DNA of 64,000 nucleotides. Source: an uncultured bacterium (lineage in GTDB: Bacteria; Patescibacteriota; Minisyncoccia; UBA6257; GWB1-50-10). Positions within the stretch are counted from its first letter, which is position 1, and the number at the start of each line of letters is the position of its first letter. Below, in pieces: positions 45,179-55,110 of the stretch. The position numbers and the translations under genes were made by a program. The stretch is taken from assembly GCA_903827975.1 (NCBI GenBank), contig CAIKKG010000005.1, positions 372-64,371 of the forward strand, in the 5' to 3' direction. Below the pieces are notes generated by a model. It made no database searches and was not told the origin of the DNA. It saw only the letters and a program-made list of their open reading frames with translations.

Positions 45179-47029
45179 ATGGATACAATACGAAAAGACA
45201 TAAGAAATATTGCTATTATTGCGCACGTCGACCATGGAAAGACAACGCTTGTTGACGCACTTTTAAAGCAGTCTGAGAACTTCCGTTTGAAGGCAGATGA
45301 CGATAAGGATTTGATAATGGATTCAAACGAACTCGAAAGAGAGCGTGGAATTACTATTTTTTCAAAAAACGCGACAATTCACTACAAGGGTGTGAAGGTT
45401 AACATTGTTGATACTCCAGGACACGCTGATTTCGGTGGAGAGGTTGAGCGAATCATGCGTATGGTTGATGGTGTTTTGCTTTTAGTTGATGCAAAGGAGG
45501 GCCCGATGCCGCAGACAAAATTTGTTTTAAGAAAAGCTATTCAGGCAGGACACAAGGTTATTGTAGTTGTGAACAAAATTGATAAGCCCGATGCACGACC
45601 AATGTGGGCACTTGATCAGACATTTGATTTGTTTATTGAGCTTGGTGCTTCTGATGAGCAGTCAAATTTCCCAGTAATTTATGCAGCTGGCTCACAAGGT
45701 AAGGCTGGATTAGTACCTGAGCTTGATACGATGAATGACGTCATTCCACTTTTTGATGCAATTTTGCGTTATATGCCCGGTCCAAGAATTTCAGAGGTAA
45801 ATCCACTTCAGATGTTAACGGTCAGTTTGTTTTATGATAACTATAAAGGAAAGATTGCAATTGGACGTTTGTACTCAGGAACTCTAAAAAAGGGAATGCG
45901 TGTTATGCACGTAAACCGCAAGGGCGAGATGAAGAAAGTTGAGATTGCTTCCGTTTTGGGTTTTGACGGAATGAAGCGTATTGATGTAGATGAGGCAACG
46001 GCCGGAGATATAGTGTGTATAAGCGGAATTTCTGATGTATCTATTGGAGAGACAATTACTGATATTGAGAATCCGATGCCATTGCCACCAATTGAGATTG
46101 ATGAGCCGACAATCAAAATGGTTTTTGGTGTTAACACATCACCATTTACTGGTAAGGAGGGTTCATATTCAACATCACGCAATTTGCGCGAAAGATTGAT
46201 GCGTGAGCTAGAGACTGATGTAGCACTTTCTGTAACAGCAACTGATTCGCCAGATAAGTGGACTGTAGCAGGACGCGGAGAGTTACACCTCTCAATCATC
46301 ATTGAGAAGATGAGACGTGAGGGATTTGAACTTGAGGTTTCTAAGCCACAGGTTATTTTTCATGAAACAGATGGTAAGAAAAAAGAACCAGTTGAACTTG
46401 TCTCATTTGAGGTTCCCGAGGAGTTTGGTGGAACTGTTATCGAAATGATGGGACGTAGACTCGGCATTATGAAAGATATGCGCGTGGATCGTGGAACAAC
46501 GCACATGGACTTTAATGTTCCGACAAGAGGTCTTATTGGAATTAGAAATGCATTCCTTACAAGTACAAAAGGAAAGGGTATTATGAATAGCATCTTTTTG
46601 GGATATGAGGATTATAAAGGTGATCTTCCACCAGAACTTCATGGCTCTCTTGTATCATCTGATAATGGCGAATCTAATAGTTATGGTCTTATTACTGCAC
46701 AGGGCAGAGGAAGGCTTTTCATCGGCCCAGCAATACAGGTGTATGAGGGTATGGTTATTGGTCAGAATGCAAAAGCGGATGATATTTTATTGAACATTTG
46801 TAAAACAAAAGAGCTTACCAATTTTAGAACAAAAAACTTCGGTATTCAGGAAACTCTTGATGTGCCAAAGGAGATGGGACTTGAGGACGCACTTGATTAT
46901 ATTGCGGACGATGAGCTTGTAGAGGTAACGCCAAAGACCATTCGCATTAGAAAAACTTTCCTTAGGGAGAGTGATAGAAAGAAGTTTGATAGGGATTCAA
47001 AGAATTCAAAGGCTGAGCAGGTAATATAG
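45179..47029 (+). CDS. typA: Translational GTPase TypA/BipA
   Basis: [45 protein letters not shown]. Confidence 0.97.
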   Translation: MDTIRKDIRNIAIIAHVDHGKTTLVDALLKQSENFRLKADDDKDLIMDSNELERERGITIFSKNATIHYKGVKVNIVDTPGHADFGGEVERIMRMVDGVLLLVDAKEGPMPQTKFVLRKAIQAGHKVIVVVNKIDKPDARPMWALDQTFDLFIELGASDEQSNFPVIYAAGSQGKAGLVPELDTMNDVIPLFDAILRYMPGPRISEVNPLQMLTVSLFYDNYKGKIAIGRLYSGTLKKGMRVMHVNRKGEMKKVEIASVLGFDGMKRIDVDEATAGDIVCISGISDVSIGETITDIENPMPLPPIEIDEPTIKMVFGVNTSPFTGKEGSYSTSRNLRERLMRELETDVALSVTATDSPDKWTVAGRGELHLSIIIEKMRREGFELEVSKPQVIFHETDGKKKEPVELVSFEVPEEFGGTVIEMMGRRLGIMKDMRVDRGTTHMDFNVPTRGLIGIRNAFLTSTKGKGIMNSIFLGYEDYKGDLPPELHGSLVSSDNGESNSYGLITAQGRGRLFIGPAIQVYEGMVIGQNAKADDILLNICKTKELTNFRTKNFGIQETLDVPKEMGLEDALDYIADDELVEVTPKTIRIRKTFLRESDRKKFDRDSKNSKAEQVI

Positions 47030-47137
47030 GCTTTAGGATTACCTCTAAAATAATGATATAATTTACACATAAAGATGTGTGATGCATTTTCGCGTTACAA
47101 ATCTGAAAAAAAGTCGCTTATAAAAAATTATTTTTAG

Positions 47138-47473
47138 ATGAAAATAGATATTTCGTGTGTGGGACTGGATCTAACACAGGCATTTAGTGATTATGTTGAG
47201 GAGAAGATTGGTTCATGCAGTGATTTCGTAAAGCGATTTGAAGAAAAAGGAGAACTAAATTTATTCTTTAAAATTGCAAGAACAACAAAGCACCACATAC
47301 ATGGAGATGTGTTTACTGCGGAGGCAATGATTCAACTTCCTGGAAAAATGGTTCATGCTAAGTCAATAGGTTCCGATGCACGAGCAGTTGTTGATGAGTT
47401 GAAGGATGAATTGAAAATTGAATTAAGAAAACAAAAAGAAAAGGCCGTTTCAAAATCAAAAGGGAGAAAATAA
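47138..47473 (+). CDS. hpf: Ribosome hibernation factor HPF/RaiA
   Basis: LDLTQAFSDYVEEKI...TKHHIHGDVFTAEA...D. Confidence 0.85.
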   Translation: MKIDISCVGLDLTQAFSDYVEEKIGSCSDFVKRFEEKGELNLFFKIARTTKHHIHGDVFTAEAMIQLPGKMVHAKSIGSDARAVVDELKDELKIELRKQKEKAVSKSKGRK

Positions 47474-47483
47474 ATTTAAAATA

Positions 47484-49046
47484 ATGAAAAAATCAAAAAG
47501 AAAATATGTATGGCTCTCCATTCTACTGGTAATATTATCAATCGGTGGATTTTTTTGGATGCGCGCAAATAGCAAGCCAATATATGAAAAAGCAACAGTT
47601 ACGCGTGGTGATATAACAGAAAATGTTTCAGTAACTGGAAGAGTTAAATCTTCTGAGAGCGTTACGCTCGCATTTGAGAAGGGTGGCAAGGTTGCAAATG
47701 TAAATGTAAAAATTGGTGACAAGGTTTCTGCTGGTCAACAACTAGCTCGCCTTGATTCAACAGATCTTTCGGCACAATTACTTCAGGCAGAAGCTAATGT
47801 TGATATGCAGAGAGCAAAGCTTGAAGAATTGAAGAGCGGTACTCGTCCTGAGCAGATTTCAGTAAAGCGTGCGGAGCTTCAGAAGGCTGAGCGGGATCTT
47901 ACCAATCTTTATTCAAGTGTTCACGATGTTATAAATGATGCATATGTGAAGGCGGACGATGCGGTTCGTTCAAAGGCTGACCAGTTATTTACAAATGCTG
48001 ATACCGAAGTATTACAACTTGCGATTTCAGTTTCTGATTCTCAGGTACAGGTTGATGCGACTAACCTAAGACGTCAGTCATCAGTTCATCTTGCTGATTG
48101 GAAAAGGGAGTTAGCATCTTTTTCATCTTCAACAACCCGCACGGAATTAGATTCCATGTTAAAGGGTAGTGAGGCACATCTCAGCGTTATCAGAAATTTT
48201 TTGGCTAGAGCGTTTGATGTGGTTGATAAGTCTGTTGGTATTTCTCAAACAAGTATTAGCACATTTAAATCGAATATCGGCATTGGTAGGGCTAATGTGA
48301 GTCTTGCGATTTCTGCAATAACCGGACAGGAGCAGGCGATCTCAGCACAACTTACAACCGTTGAGCGTGTTAATAATGAATTAGCTCTTTTAGAGGCTGG
48401 CTCTACCCCGCAGAGCATTTCTGCTCAAGATGCTCAGGTAAAACAGGCTGAGGCGAGCGTCTCATCTATAAATGCGCAAATAACAAAAACATTTTTGTAT
48501 TCACCGATTTCAGGAATTGTTACAAAGCAGGATGTAAAGACTGGCGAGATTGCTGTTCCAAATATTGCACTTGTTTCTGTTATGGCTGAGGCCAGTCTTG
48601 AGATTGAGGCAAATATTCCGGAAGTTGATGTTGGTCGCATTGCTGTTGGAAATGTTGTTAGCATCACACTCGACGCATTTCCAGGGGAGACTTTTGCTGG
48701 AAAGGTATCTTACATTGACCCAGCAGAGACAATCATTGATGGGGTTGTAAACTTTAAGATCACAATATTATTTAATGAGATGAATGCGAAATTCAGAAGT
48801 GGTCTTACAGCAAACCTTGAGATTGAGAGTGCTAAGAAGATGGGGGTTTTAATACTTCCTGAATTTGCTGTCGTAGAAAATGACAATGGTAAGTTCGTTC
48901 GAAGATTAAATGTAGATGGTACAACAACAGACATTCCTGTAAAAATTGGAATTCGAAGCAGTGACGGATTTGTAGAGATTAAGGATGGAGTTGTGGAGGG
49001 CGCCTCATTTATAAATGTAGGTCTGAAGACTAGCACGGCTAACTAA
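47484..49046 (+). CDS. Efflux membrane-fusion protein (MacA/HlyD-like)
   Basis: GKVANVNVKIGDKVSAGQQLARLD, long coiled coil, SPISGIV. Confidence 0.9.
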   Translation: MKKSKRKYVWLSILLVILSIGGFFWMRANSKPIYEKATVTRGDITENVSVTGRVKSSESVTLAFEKGGKVANVNVKIGDKVSAGQQLARLDSTDLSAQLLQAEANVDMQRAKLEELKSGTRPEQISVKRAELQKAERDLTNLYSSVHDVINDAYVKADDAVRSKADQLFTNADTEVLQLAISVSDSQVQVDATNLRRQSSVHLADWKRELASFSSSTTRTELDSMLKGSEAHLSVIRNFLARAFDVVDKSVGISQTSISTFKSNIGIGRANVSLAISAITGQEQAISAQLTTVERVNNELALLEAGSTPQSISAQDAQVKQAEASVSSINAQITKTFLYSPISGIVTKQDVKTGEIAVPNIALVSVMAEASLEIEANIPEVDVGRIAVGNVVSITLDAFPGETFAGKVSYIDPAETIIDGVVNFKITILFNEMNAKFRSGLTANLEIESAKKMGVLILPEFAVVENDNGKFVRRLNVDGTTTDIPVKIGIRSSDGFVEIKDGVVEGASFINVGLKTSTAN

Positions 49047-49759
49047 TGATTCATCTAAAGAATTTAGAGAAAAAATATGTTGATGATGGCGAGACGACCA
49101 ATGCGTTGCGCGATGTTTCGTTTGAAATTAAAAAAGGAGAGTTTGTCGCTATAATGGGTCCGTCAGGTTCTGGAAAATCTACGCTTCTTCACATACTAAG
49201 TTTTTTAGATAGACCGACTAACGGAGAATACGTATTTAACGGGAAAAGTATTTCAGAATTAACGGATAAGGAGATGGCTCATATTCGAAACAAGGAGATG
49301 GGGTTCGTTTTTCAGTCTTTCAATTTGTTATCGAGGCTTTCCGTGTTTGAAAATGTGTCTATGCCACTTATGTATTCACTCGACATAACAATTGCAAAAA
49401 GAAAACACCTTGTTGAAAAAGCAGTTGCAAGTGTGGGACTTACTGAAAAACTGTATGCGGAGGCTGGTAAGCTTTCTGGTGGTCAGAAACAACGCGTAGC
49501 AATAGCTCGCGCACTTGTTAATGACCCAGATGTTATATTTGCTGATGAGCCAACAGGCAATTTAGACTCTAAGTCAGGAGCCCAGGTAATGGAGATTTTG
49601 CACGACTTACATGAAGATGGGCACACAATCATACTTGTTACACACGAGACTTATACTTCTGAATTTGCTAACCGCTTAATTCATATTAAGGATGGCCTCG
49701 TTGAGTCTGATGAGCCAATTAAGAAGACAAGAAAAGCAAGGTCAGAATTTTTCAAATAA
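49046..49759 (+). CDS. ABC transporter ATP-binding protein (MacB/LolD-like)
   Basis: [26 protein letters not shown]. Confidence 0.95.
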   Translation: MIHLKNLEKKYVDDGETTNALRDVSFEIKKGEFVAIMGPSGSGKSTLLHILSFLDRPTNGEYVFNGKSISELTDKEMAHIRNKEMGFVFQSFNLLSRLSVFENVSMPLMYSLDITIAKRKHLVEKAVASVGLTEKLYAEAGKLSGGQKQRVAIARALVNDPDVIFADEPTGNLDSKSGAQVMEILHDLHEDGHTIILVTHETYTSEFANRLIHIKDGLVESDEPIKKTRKARSEFFK

Positions 49760-51003
49760 TGAGAACCCAAGATTCAATAAAAATAGCACTATCAAGTGTT
49801 CAACACGCAAAGACAAGATCATTCTTAACAATGCTCGGAATTGTTATTGGAATCTCCTCGGTTATTTTACTAATGTCTATCGGTAATTCAGCGCAAGCTC
49901 TCATTGTTAATCAGGTTAAGGGTGTAGGATCAAATCTCATATTCGTTATTCCAGGTGGTTCAAAGAGTGGAAGATTTTCTGCGCCAGCATCATCACAAGG
50001 CGTAATTATTAAAACATTGGTTAAGGATGATATATCAACACTTGAGAGGAATGCTGCAATAACAGGCGTTGAGCCTGAGGTACGTGGTCAAGCAAAGATT
50101 GTTTATGGAAACAATGATACAACTGTTACATTTTTAGGTGTGCGAGGAAATTTCTTTAATATTCGTAGTTACAATGTTGATAGGGGGCGACCATTTACTA
50201 ATAGTGATGTTGAGTCATATGAGCACGTTGTTGTATTGGGCTCAGAGACCGCAAAAACTCTTTTTGGTAATTATGACCCAGTTGGAAAATCTGTTCGTTT
50301 AAAAGATATATCATTTCGCGTTGTCGGGATTCTTGAGAAGAAGGGGGTTGGCGCTTTTGGTATAGATCAGGATAATCTCGCAGTTGTTCCTCTTACTGTT
50401 GGGCAGAAGCAGTTACTTGGAATAGATTATTATAATGCGATTACTGTTCAGGCAAGTGATGCATATACACCAGAGTTTGTAAAAGCACGAGTAACTTCAA
50501 TAGTTCGCGAGAGTCATAGAATTACAGATCCAAATAAAGACGACTTCACGGTTAGAACGCAGGAGGACATCCTATCGCTTTTGGGTAATATTACTTCAAT
50601 TCTTACATTGTTCCTTACATCCATCGCATTTATTTCTCTTGTTGTTGGAGGCATAGGAATTATGAATATCATGTTGGTCGCTGTTATTGAGCGAACTAGA
50701 GAGATAGGATTACGCAAAGCAGTTGGTGCAACAAACTCCGATATTTTACAACAGTTTTTATGGGAGTCTGTTATCCTTACGTTTTTCGGTGGATTGATAG
50801 GAATATTTTTCGGAGCACTTTTTACTGTCGTACTGTATTTTATTCTTGTGTACTTCGTTCAGATTGATTGGGTTTTCGCATTACCAATGTCTGCAATTTG
50901 GCTCTCGGTCGGCGTATCAACGTTTACTGGAATTTTGTTTGGTATCTACCCATCGCGAGAAGCAGCGAAGAAAAATCCTATTGAGGCATTGCGATACGAG
51001 TAG
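49759..51003 (+). CDS. ABC transporter permease (MacB/FtsX-like)
   Basis: RSFLTMLGIVIG, GGIGIMNIML..ERTREIG, PIEALRYE. Confidence 0.95.
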   Translation: MRTQDSIKIALSSVQHAKTRSFLTMLGIVIGISSVILLMSIGNSAQALIVNQVKGVGSNLIFVIPGGSKSGRFSAPASSQGVIIKTLVKDDISTLERNAAITGVEPEVRGQAKIVYGNNDTTVTFLGVRGNFFNIRSYNVDRGRPFTNSDVESYEHVVVLGSETAKTLFGNYDPVGKSVRLKDISFRVVGILEKKGVGAFGIDQDNLAVVPLTVGQKQLLGIDYYNAITVQASDAYTPEFVKARVTSIVRESHRITDPNKDDFTVRTQEDILSLLGNITSILTLFLTSIAFISLVVGGIGIMNIMLVAVIERTREIGLRKAVGATNSDILQQFLWESVILTFFGGLIGIFFGALFTVVLYFILVYFVQIDWVFALPMSAIWLSVGVSTFTGILFGIYPSREAAKKNPIEALRYE

Positions 51004-51024
51004 AAAAAAGAATCTAACAAATCT

Positions 51025-52314
51025 ATGAAAATAAAATCTATTCACGCACGAGAAATATTAGACTCACGAGGAAATCCAACCATTGAGACAGATGTTATAT
51101 TGGAGGATGGAACGCCTGGAAGGGCATCTGTACCCTCAGGTGCATCTACCGGGGCACACGAGGCTCATGAGCTAAGAGACATAGATTTAAAAAGGTTTAA
51201 TGGACTTGGTGTATTGCGTGCAGTAGAAAATGTAAATAATGAGATTGCGAATGCACTTATTGGTATGGAAGCTGATAATCAGAGTGCAATCGATGAGAAA
51301 TTGATTGCTCTTGATGGTACTGAGAATAAAGAAAGATTGGGCGCAAATGCAATTCTATCAGTTTCGCTTGCTGTGGCACACGCAGTCGCGCATTACAAAA
51401 AGCTGCCATTATTCGCATATATACAAACGCTCTCAGATATTAAGCGCGATTTTATATTACCACTCCCGTTATGCAATGTTATAAACGGTGGCGCTCATGC
51501 AGAAAATTCAACTGATATACAGGAGTTTATGATTGCTCCTGTGGGATTTACCTCATTTCATGAGGCGCTTCGCGCATCTTCTGAGGTATTTCATTGTTTG
51601 AAAAAAGCATTATCAGACCGTGGGTATGCAACAACAGTCGGTGATGAGGGTGGTTATGCTCCTAACCTGAAAAATGGAAACGCAGAAGCACTAGATTGTA
51701 TTTCAGAGGCGGTTACATCGGCTGGATATGAACTTAAAAAGGATTTTGTGCTTGCGCTTGATGTCGCATCATCCGAATTTTTTCATGATGGAAAATATAC
51801 ACTCAAACAGGAGGGGAAAGTGTTTTCTTCTGATGAGATGATTGATTGGGTTTCCGATTTAAGAGAAAAATATGAGATAGCTTCTATTGAGGACGGACTT
51901 TCCGAGGATGACTGGGCCGGCTGGACTAAGCTTACCGAGTCACTTGGGTCCACAACACAATTAGTAGGTGATGACCTTCTTGTAACTAATACTAAATTTT
52001 TGGAGCGAGCAATAAGAGAAAAATCTGGGAACGCTATTCTAATTAAAATGAATCAGATAGGGACACTTACAGAAACGATTAGAGCAATTCGCATGGCTCA
52101 AGAGGTTGGGTGGAATACAATTATTTCACATCGCTCTGGTGAGACAGATGATACTACCATTGCACATCTATCAGTTGGATTGGGAGTATTAGAAATAAAA
52201 ACTGGTTCATTGAGTAGGGGCGAGAGAACTGCAAAATATAATGAGTTATTGCGTATTGAGGAGGCACTTGGCAATAATGCGCGGTTTGCGGGAGGTAGCG
52301 CGTTTACTAAGTAA
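51025..52314 (+). CDS. eno: Enolase
   Basis: ILDSRGNPT, PSGASTG, GDEGG, SHRSGET, RTAKYNELLRIE. Confidence 0.98.
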   Translation: MKIKSIHAREILDSRGNPTIETDVILEDGTPGRASVPSGASTGAHEAHELRDIDLKRFNGLGVLRAVENVNNEIANALIGMEADNQSAIDEKLIALDGTENKERLGANAILSVSLAVAHAVAHYKKLPLFAYIQTLSDIKRDFILPLPLCNVINGGAHAENSTDIQEFMIAPVGFTSFHEALRASSEVFHCLKKALSDRGYATTVGDEGGYAPNLKNGNAEALDCISEAVTSAGYELKKDFVLALDVASSEFFHDGKYTLKQEGKVFSSDEMIDWVSDLREKYEIASIEDGLSEDDWAGWTKLTESLGSTTQLVGDDLLVTNTKFLERAIREKSGNAILIKMNQIGTLTETIRAIRMAQEVGWNTIISHRSGETDDTTIAHLSVGLGVLEIKTGSLSRGERTAKYNELLRIEEALGNNARFAGGSAFTK

Positions 52315-52322
52315 TTTTATAT

Positions 52323-52406
52323 ATGAAACATTTTGAATTTATTTTATTTGCTATATTTGCAGTCGGTTTATTATATATTGGGTATTCAATGCTAGGTGCT
52401 AGATAA
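52323..52406 (+). CDS. 27-aa single-TM microprotein (candidate)
   Basis: MKHFEFILFAIFAVGLLYIGYSMLGAR* fills the eno-nth gap. Confidence 0.45.
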   Translation: MKHFEFILFAIFAVGLLYIGYSMLGAR

Positions 52407-52412
52407 TATGAC

Positions 52413-53054
52413 ATGCCCAACCAAGCAGAAGAAAAGAATTTAAAAAAGAGAGCATTAAAAATAGTTACGACTTTAAAGAAAATTTATCCGCGTGAGCGTG
52501 TTTTTTTGAACTTTAAAACACCGTTAGAACTTCTTATTGCTGTGATTCTTTCTGCACAGTGTACAGACAAAAAGGTTAATGAGGTAACTGAAAAATTATT
52601 TAAAAAATATAAGACCCTAAATGCATATTTAAATGCTGATAAAACCGAGTTCGAAAATGACATTAGGCCCACCGGGTTTTATAAAACAAAAGCAAAACAT
52701 ATTTTAGCAACGGTTAAATTAATAAAGTCACAATTTCGAGGTTGCGTTCCAAATACAATGGAGGAACTTTTAACACTTAAGGGTGTTGGTAGGAAAACTG
52801 CAAATATAGTTCTTGAAAGCGCTTACGGCATCATAGTCGGGATTCCCGTTGATACTCATGTTCGGCGTCTCGCTAGGATTTGGGGTCTTACAAAAGAGAG
52901 TAATCCTGTAAAAATCGAAAAAGACCTAATGGAACTTATCCCCAGGAAGGAGTGGGCTGGGCTTTCATATAGGATAATCGCATACGGGAGAGAGCATTGC
53001 CCGTCAAAAAAGCATCAGCATAAAGAGTGTCCAATTTCAAAGATAGCAGTATAA
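52413..53054 (+). CDS. nth: Endonuclease III
   Basis: ILSAQCTD, LKGVGRKTAN (HhH), VDTHV. Confidence 0.93.
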   Translation: MPNQAEEKNLKKRALKIVTTLKKIYPRERVFLNFKTPLELLIAVILSAQCTDKKVNEVTEKLFKKYKTLNAYLNADKTEFENDIRPTGFYKTKAKHILATVKLIKSQFRGCVPNTMEELLTLKGVGRKTANIVLESAYGIIVGIPVDTHVRRLARIWGLTKESNPVKIEKDLMELIPRKEWAGLSYRIIAYGREHCPSKKHQHKECPISKIAV

Positions 53055-53061
53055 TATATAC

Positions 53062-53949
53062 ATGAAGTCGCACATTGTTGTATTCGGAATGGGCGATATA
53101 GGAAGTGCAATCGCATCTATTTTGCGGAAAAATAAGCACGCAGTTAATCCTTGGGACAAGTCTCCAGGGAGGGTTAGTGGGCAGAAATCACTTTTTGAAA
53201 TTGTTCCACGCGCTGAAATTATATTTTTATGTGTACCATCGTGGTGTCTACCATCAGTAGTGCGTTCAATAAAACCATTTGTTCATAAGCAGACGATTCT
53301 CGTAAGTCTTTCAAAAGGACTTCAGGCAGACAGTAAGAAAAATGCACATGAGTTTCTTTCCGATGCATTCCCTGATAATCCTATAATGTATTTTGGCGGT
53401 GCGATGCTTGCAAACGAGCTTAAGGCTGGAATGCCTGGATTTGGTGTTTTAGCCGGAAAAAATTCCGTAGCAAGAGAGCGAGTCGCAAATCTTTTTAAAG
53501 GCTCACCACTTAAGGTAACAACTTCTAGTGATATTGTTGGTGTTGTGTCTTCTGGTGTTTTGAAAAATATATACGCGATAGGTTTAGGAATGGCAAAGGA
53601 ACTTAATTGGGGGGAGAATGCCCGTGCATGGTTTGCATTTAATGCGAATAGTGAGATGGAATTAATTGTTGCACATTTGGGTGGTAAAAAGGGCACGGCA
53701 AGTGGTGTTGCTGGAACAATTGATCTTATCGCAACTGGTTTTAGTACATATTCAAAAAATGTTGAGGCTGGAGAGATGATTGTGAAGAAAAATAAATCAA
53801 TTCCACAGACCGAGGGAGTATTATCCATTGAACCACTATCTAAAATTCTAAAATCAGAAATTAATAAATTTCCTTTTTTGCGCGCAGTTTATAGAGCATC
53901 AACAAATAAAGAAGAGCCACAAGAAGTTTTTCGTAAATTATTAAAATAA
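53062..53949 (+). CDS. gpsA: NAD(P)H-dependent glycerol-3-phosphate dehydrogenase family
   Basis: GMGDIG, SKGL, LKNIYAIGLG, DLIAT...SKN, EG. Confidence 0.8.
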   Translation: MKSHIVVFGMGDIGSAIASILRKNKHAVNPWDKSPGRVSGQKSLFEIVPRAEIIFLCVPSWCLPSVVRSIKPFVHKQTILVSLSKGLQADSKKNAHEFLSDAFPDNPIMYFGGAMLANELKAGMPGFGVLAGKNSVARERVANLFKGSPLKVTTSSDIVGVVSSGVLKNIYAIGLGMAKELNWGENARAWFAFNANSEMELIVAHLGGKKGTASGVAGTIDLIATGFSTYSKNVEAGEMIVKKNKSIPQTEGVLSIEPLSKILKSEINKFPFLRAVYRASTNKEEPQEVFRKLLK

Positions 53950-55022
53950 TGCGTATTGTTGCACATATAGATATGGATGCTTTTTTTGCGTCTGTGGAAG
54001 AGCGGGATAATGAGAGATTTGTCGGACTTCCTATTGTGGTTGGCTCGGATCCAGAGGGTGGTAAGGGTAGGGGTGTTGTTTCAACCGCAAATTATAAAGC
54101 ACGTGAATATGGAATTCGCTCAGCACTTCCAATATCCAAAGCATGGGAGTATTCGGAGAATGCAAAGCGAGCTGGAAAACCACCGGCAATTTTTTTAGGT
54201 GTAAACATGAGGCTTTATTCTGATGTATCAAGTCATATTATGGAGATTGTTGAACAATACTCAGAAGAATTTGAACAGGCGAGCGTTGACGAGATGTATT
54301 TTGATTTAAGCCATCTTGGTAGTTTTGAAGAGGCAGAGAGGGCGTGCAAAAAACTAAAAAAAGAAATAAAAGACAGAGAGCGCCTATCATGCTCAATAGG
54401 TATTGGGCCAAACAAACTTATTGCAAAAATTGCTTCAGATTTTCAAAAACCTGATGGACTAACAGTTGTAACAAATTCTGAGGCCGAGAAGTTTCTAGAG
54501 CCGCTAACAATCCGGAAAATTCCTGGCATAGGCCCAAAAACCGAGGAGATACTAAATAATAAGGGAATTAATAAGGTTAAGGATTTAAAGAAATTTGAAT
54601 TAGGCGAGCTAAAGGAACTACTTGGTAAATTTGGCGGTGATCTATATCTAAAGGTTCGCGGAATTGATAACACTGAGATTGTCGAGGAGCATGAGGCTAA
54701 ATCAATAGGCGAGCAGGAAACATTTATGCAAAACACACTTGACGCGAATGTTATTACTGAAAGATTAAATCACTTGTGCACGACAGTCTTCAAAAGGTTC
54801 GCTAAAAGCGGATTTAAATATTTTCGTACAATCTCAATAACTGTTCGCTTTGGTGACTTTGAAACTAAATCTCGAGCACATACATTTAGTGAAAACGTGA
54901 AAGAATTAAGTGTTCTTGAATTTGAGTCGTTGAAACTTCTCTTGCCTTTTTTTGATGCGCGTGAGAATCCTAAGAGAAAAGCAATACGTCTTGTCGGTGT
55001 GAAGGTGGAAAAACTATCTTAA
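53949..55022 (+). CDS. dinB: DNA polymerase IV
   Basis: HIDMDAFFASVE, YKAREYG, SVDEMY, KPDG, IPGIG. Confidence 0.96.
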   Translation: MRIVAHIDMDAFFASVEERDNERFVGLPIVVGSDPEGGKGRGVVSTANYKAREYGIRSALPISKAWEYSENAKRAGKPPAIFLGVNMRLYSDVSSHIMEIVEQYSEEFEQASVDEMYFDLSHLGSFEEAERACKKLKKEIKDRERLSCSIGIGPNKLIAKIASDFQKPDGLTVVTNSEAEKFLEPLTIRKIPGIGPKTEEILNNKGINKVKDLKKFELGELKELLGKFGGDLYLKVRGIDNTEIVEEHEAKSIGEQETFMQNTLDANVITERLNHLCTTVFKRFAKSGFKYFRTISITVRFGDFETKSRAHTFSENVKELSVLEFESLKLLLPFFDARENPKRKAIRLVGVKVEKLS

Positions 55023-55110
55023 TAGTATAACGTTTGATTATTCTGTTGTGCGTGAATACAATGAACTTAACTAACAAGTATAGTAACCGATTTCAGAATT
55101 GAAAATAAAC

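Noticed and set aside
47030-47137. raiA-motif RNA
   Set aside because: The intergenic region is too short and AT-rich for that large RNA.
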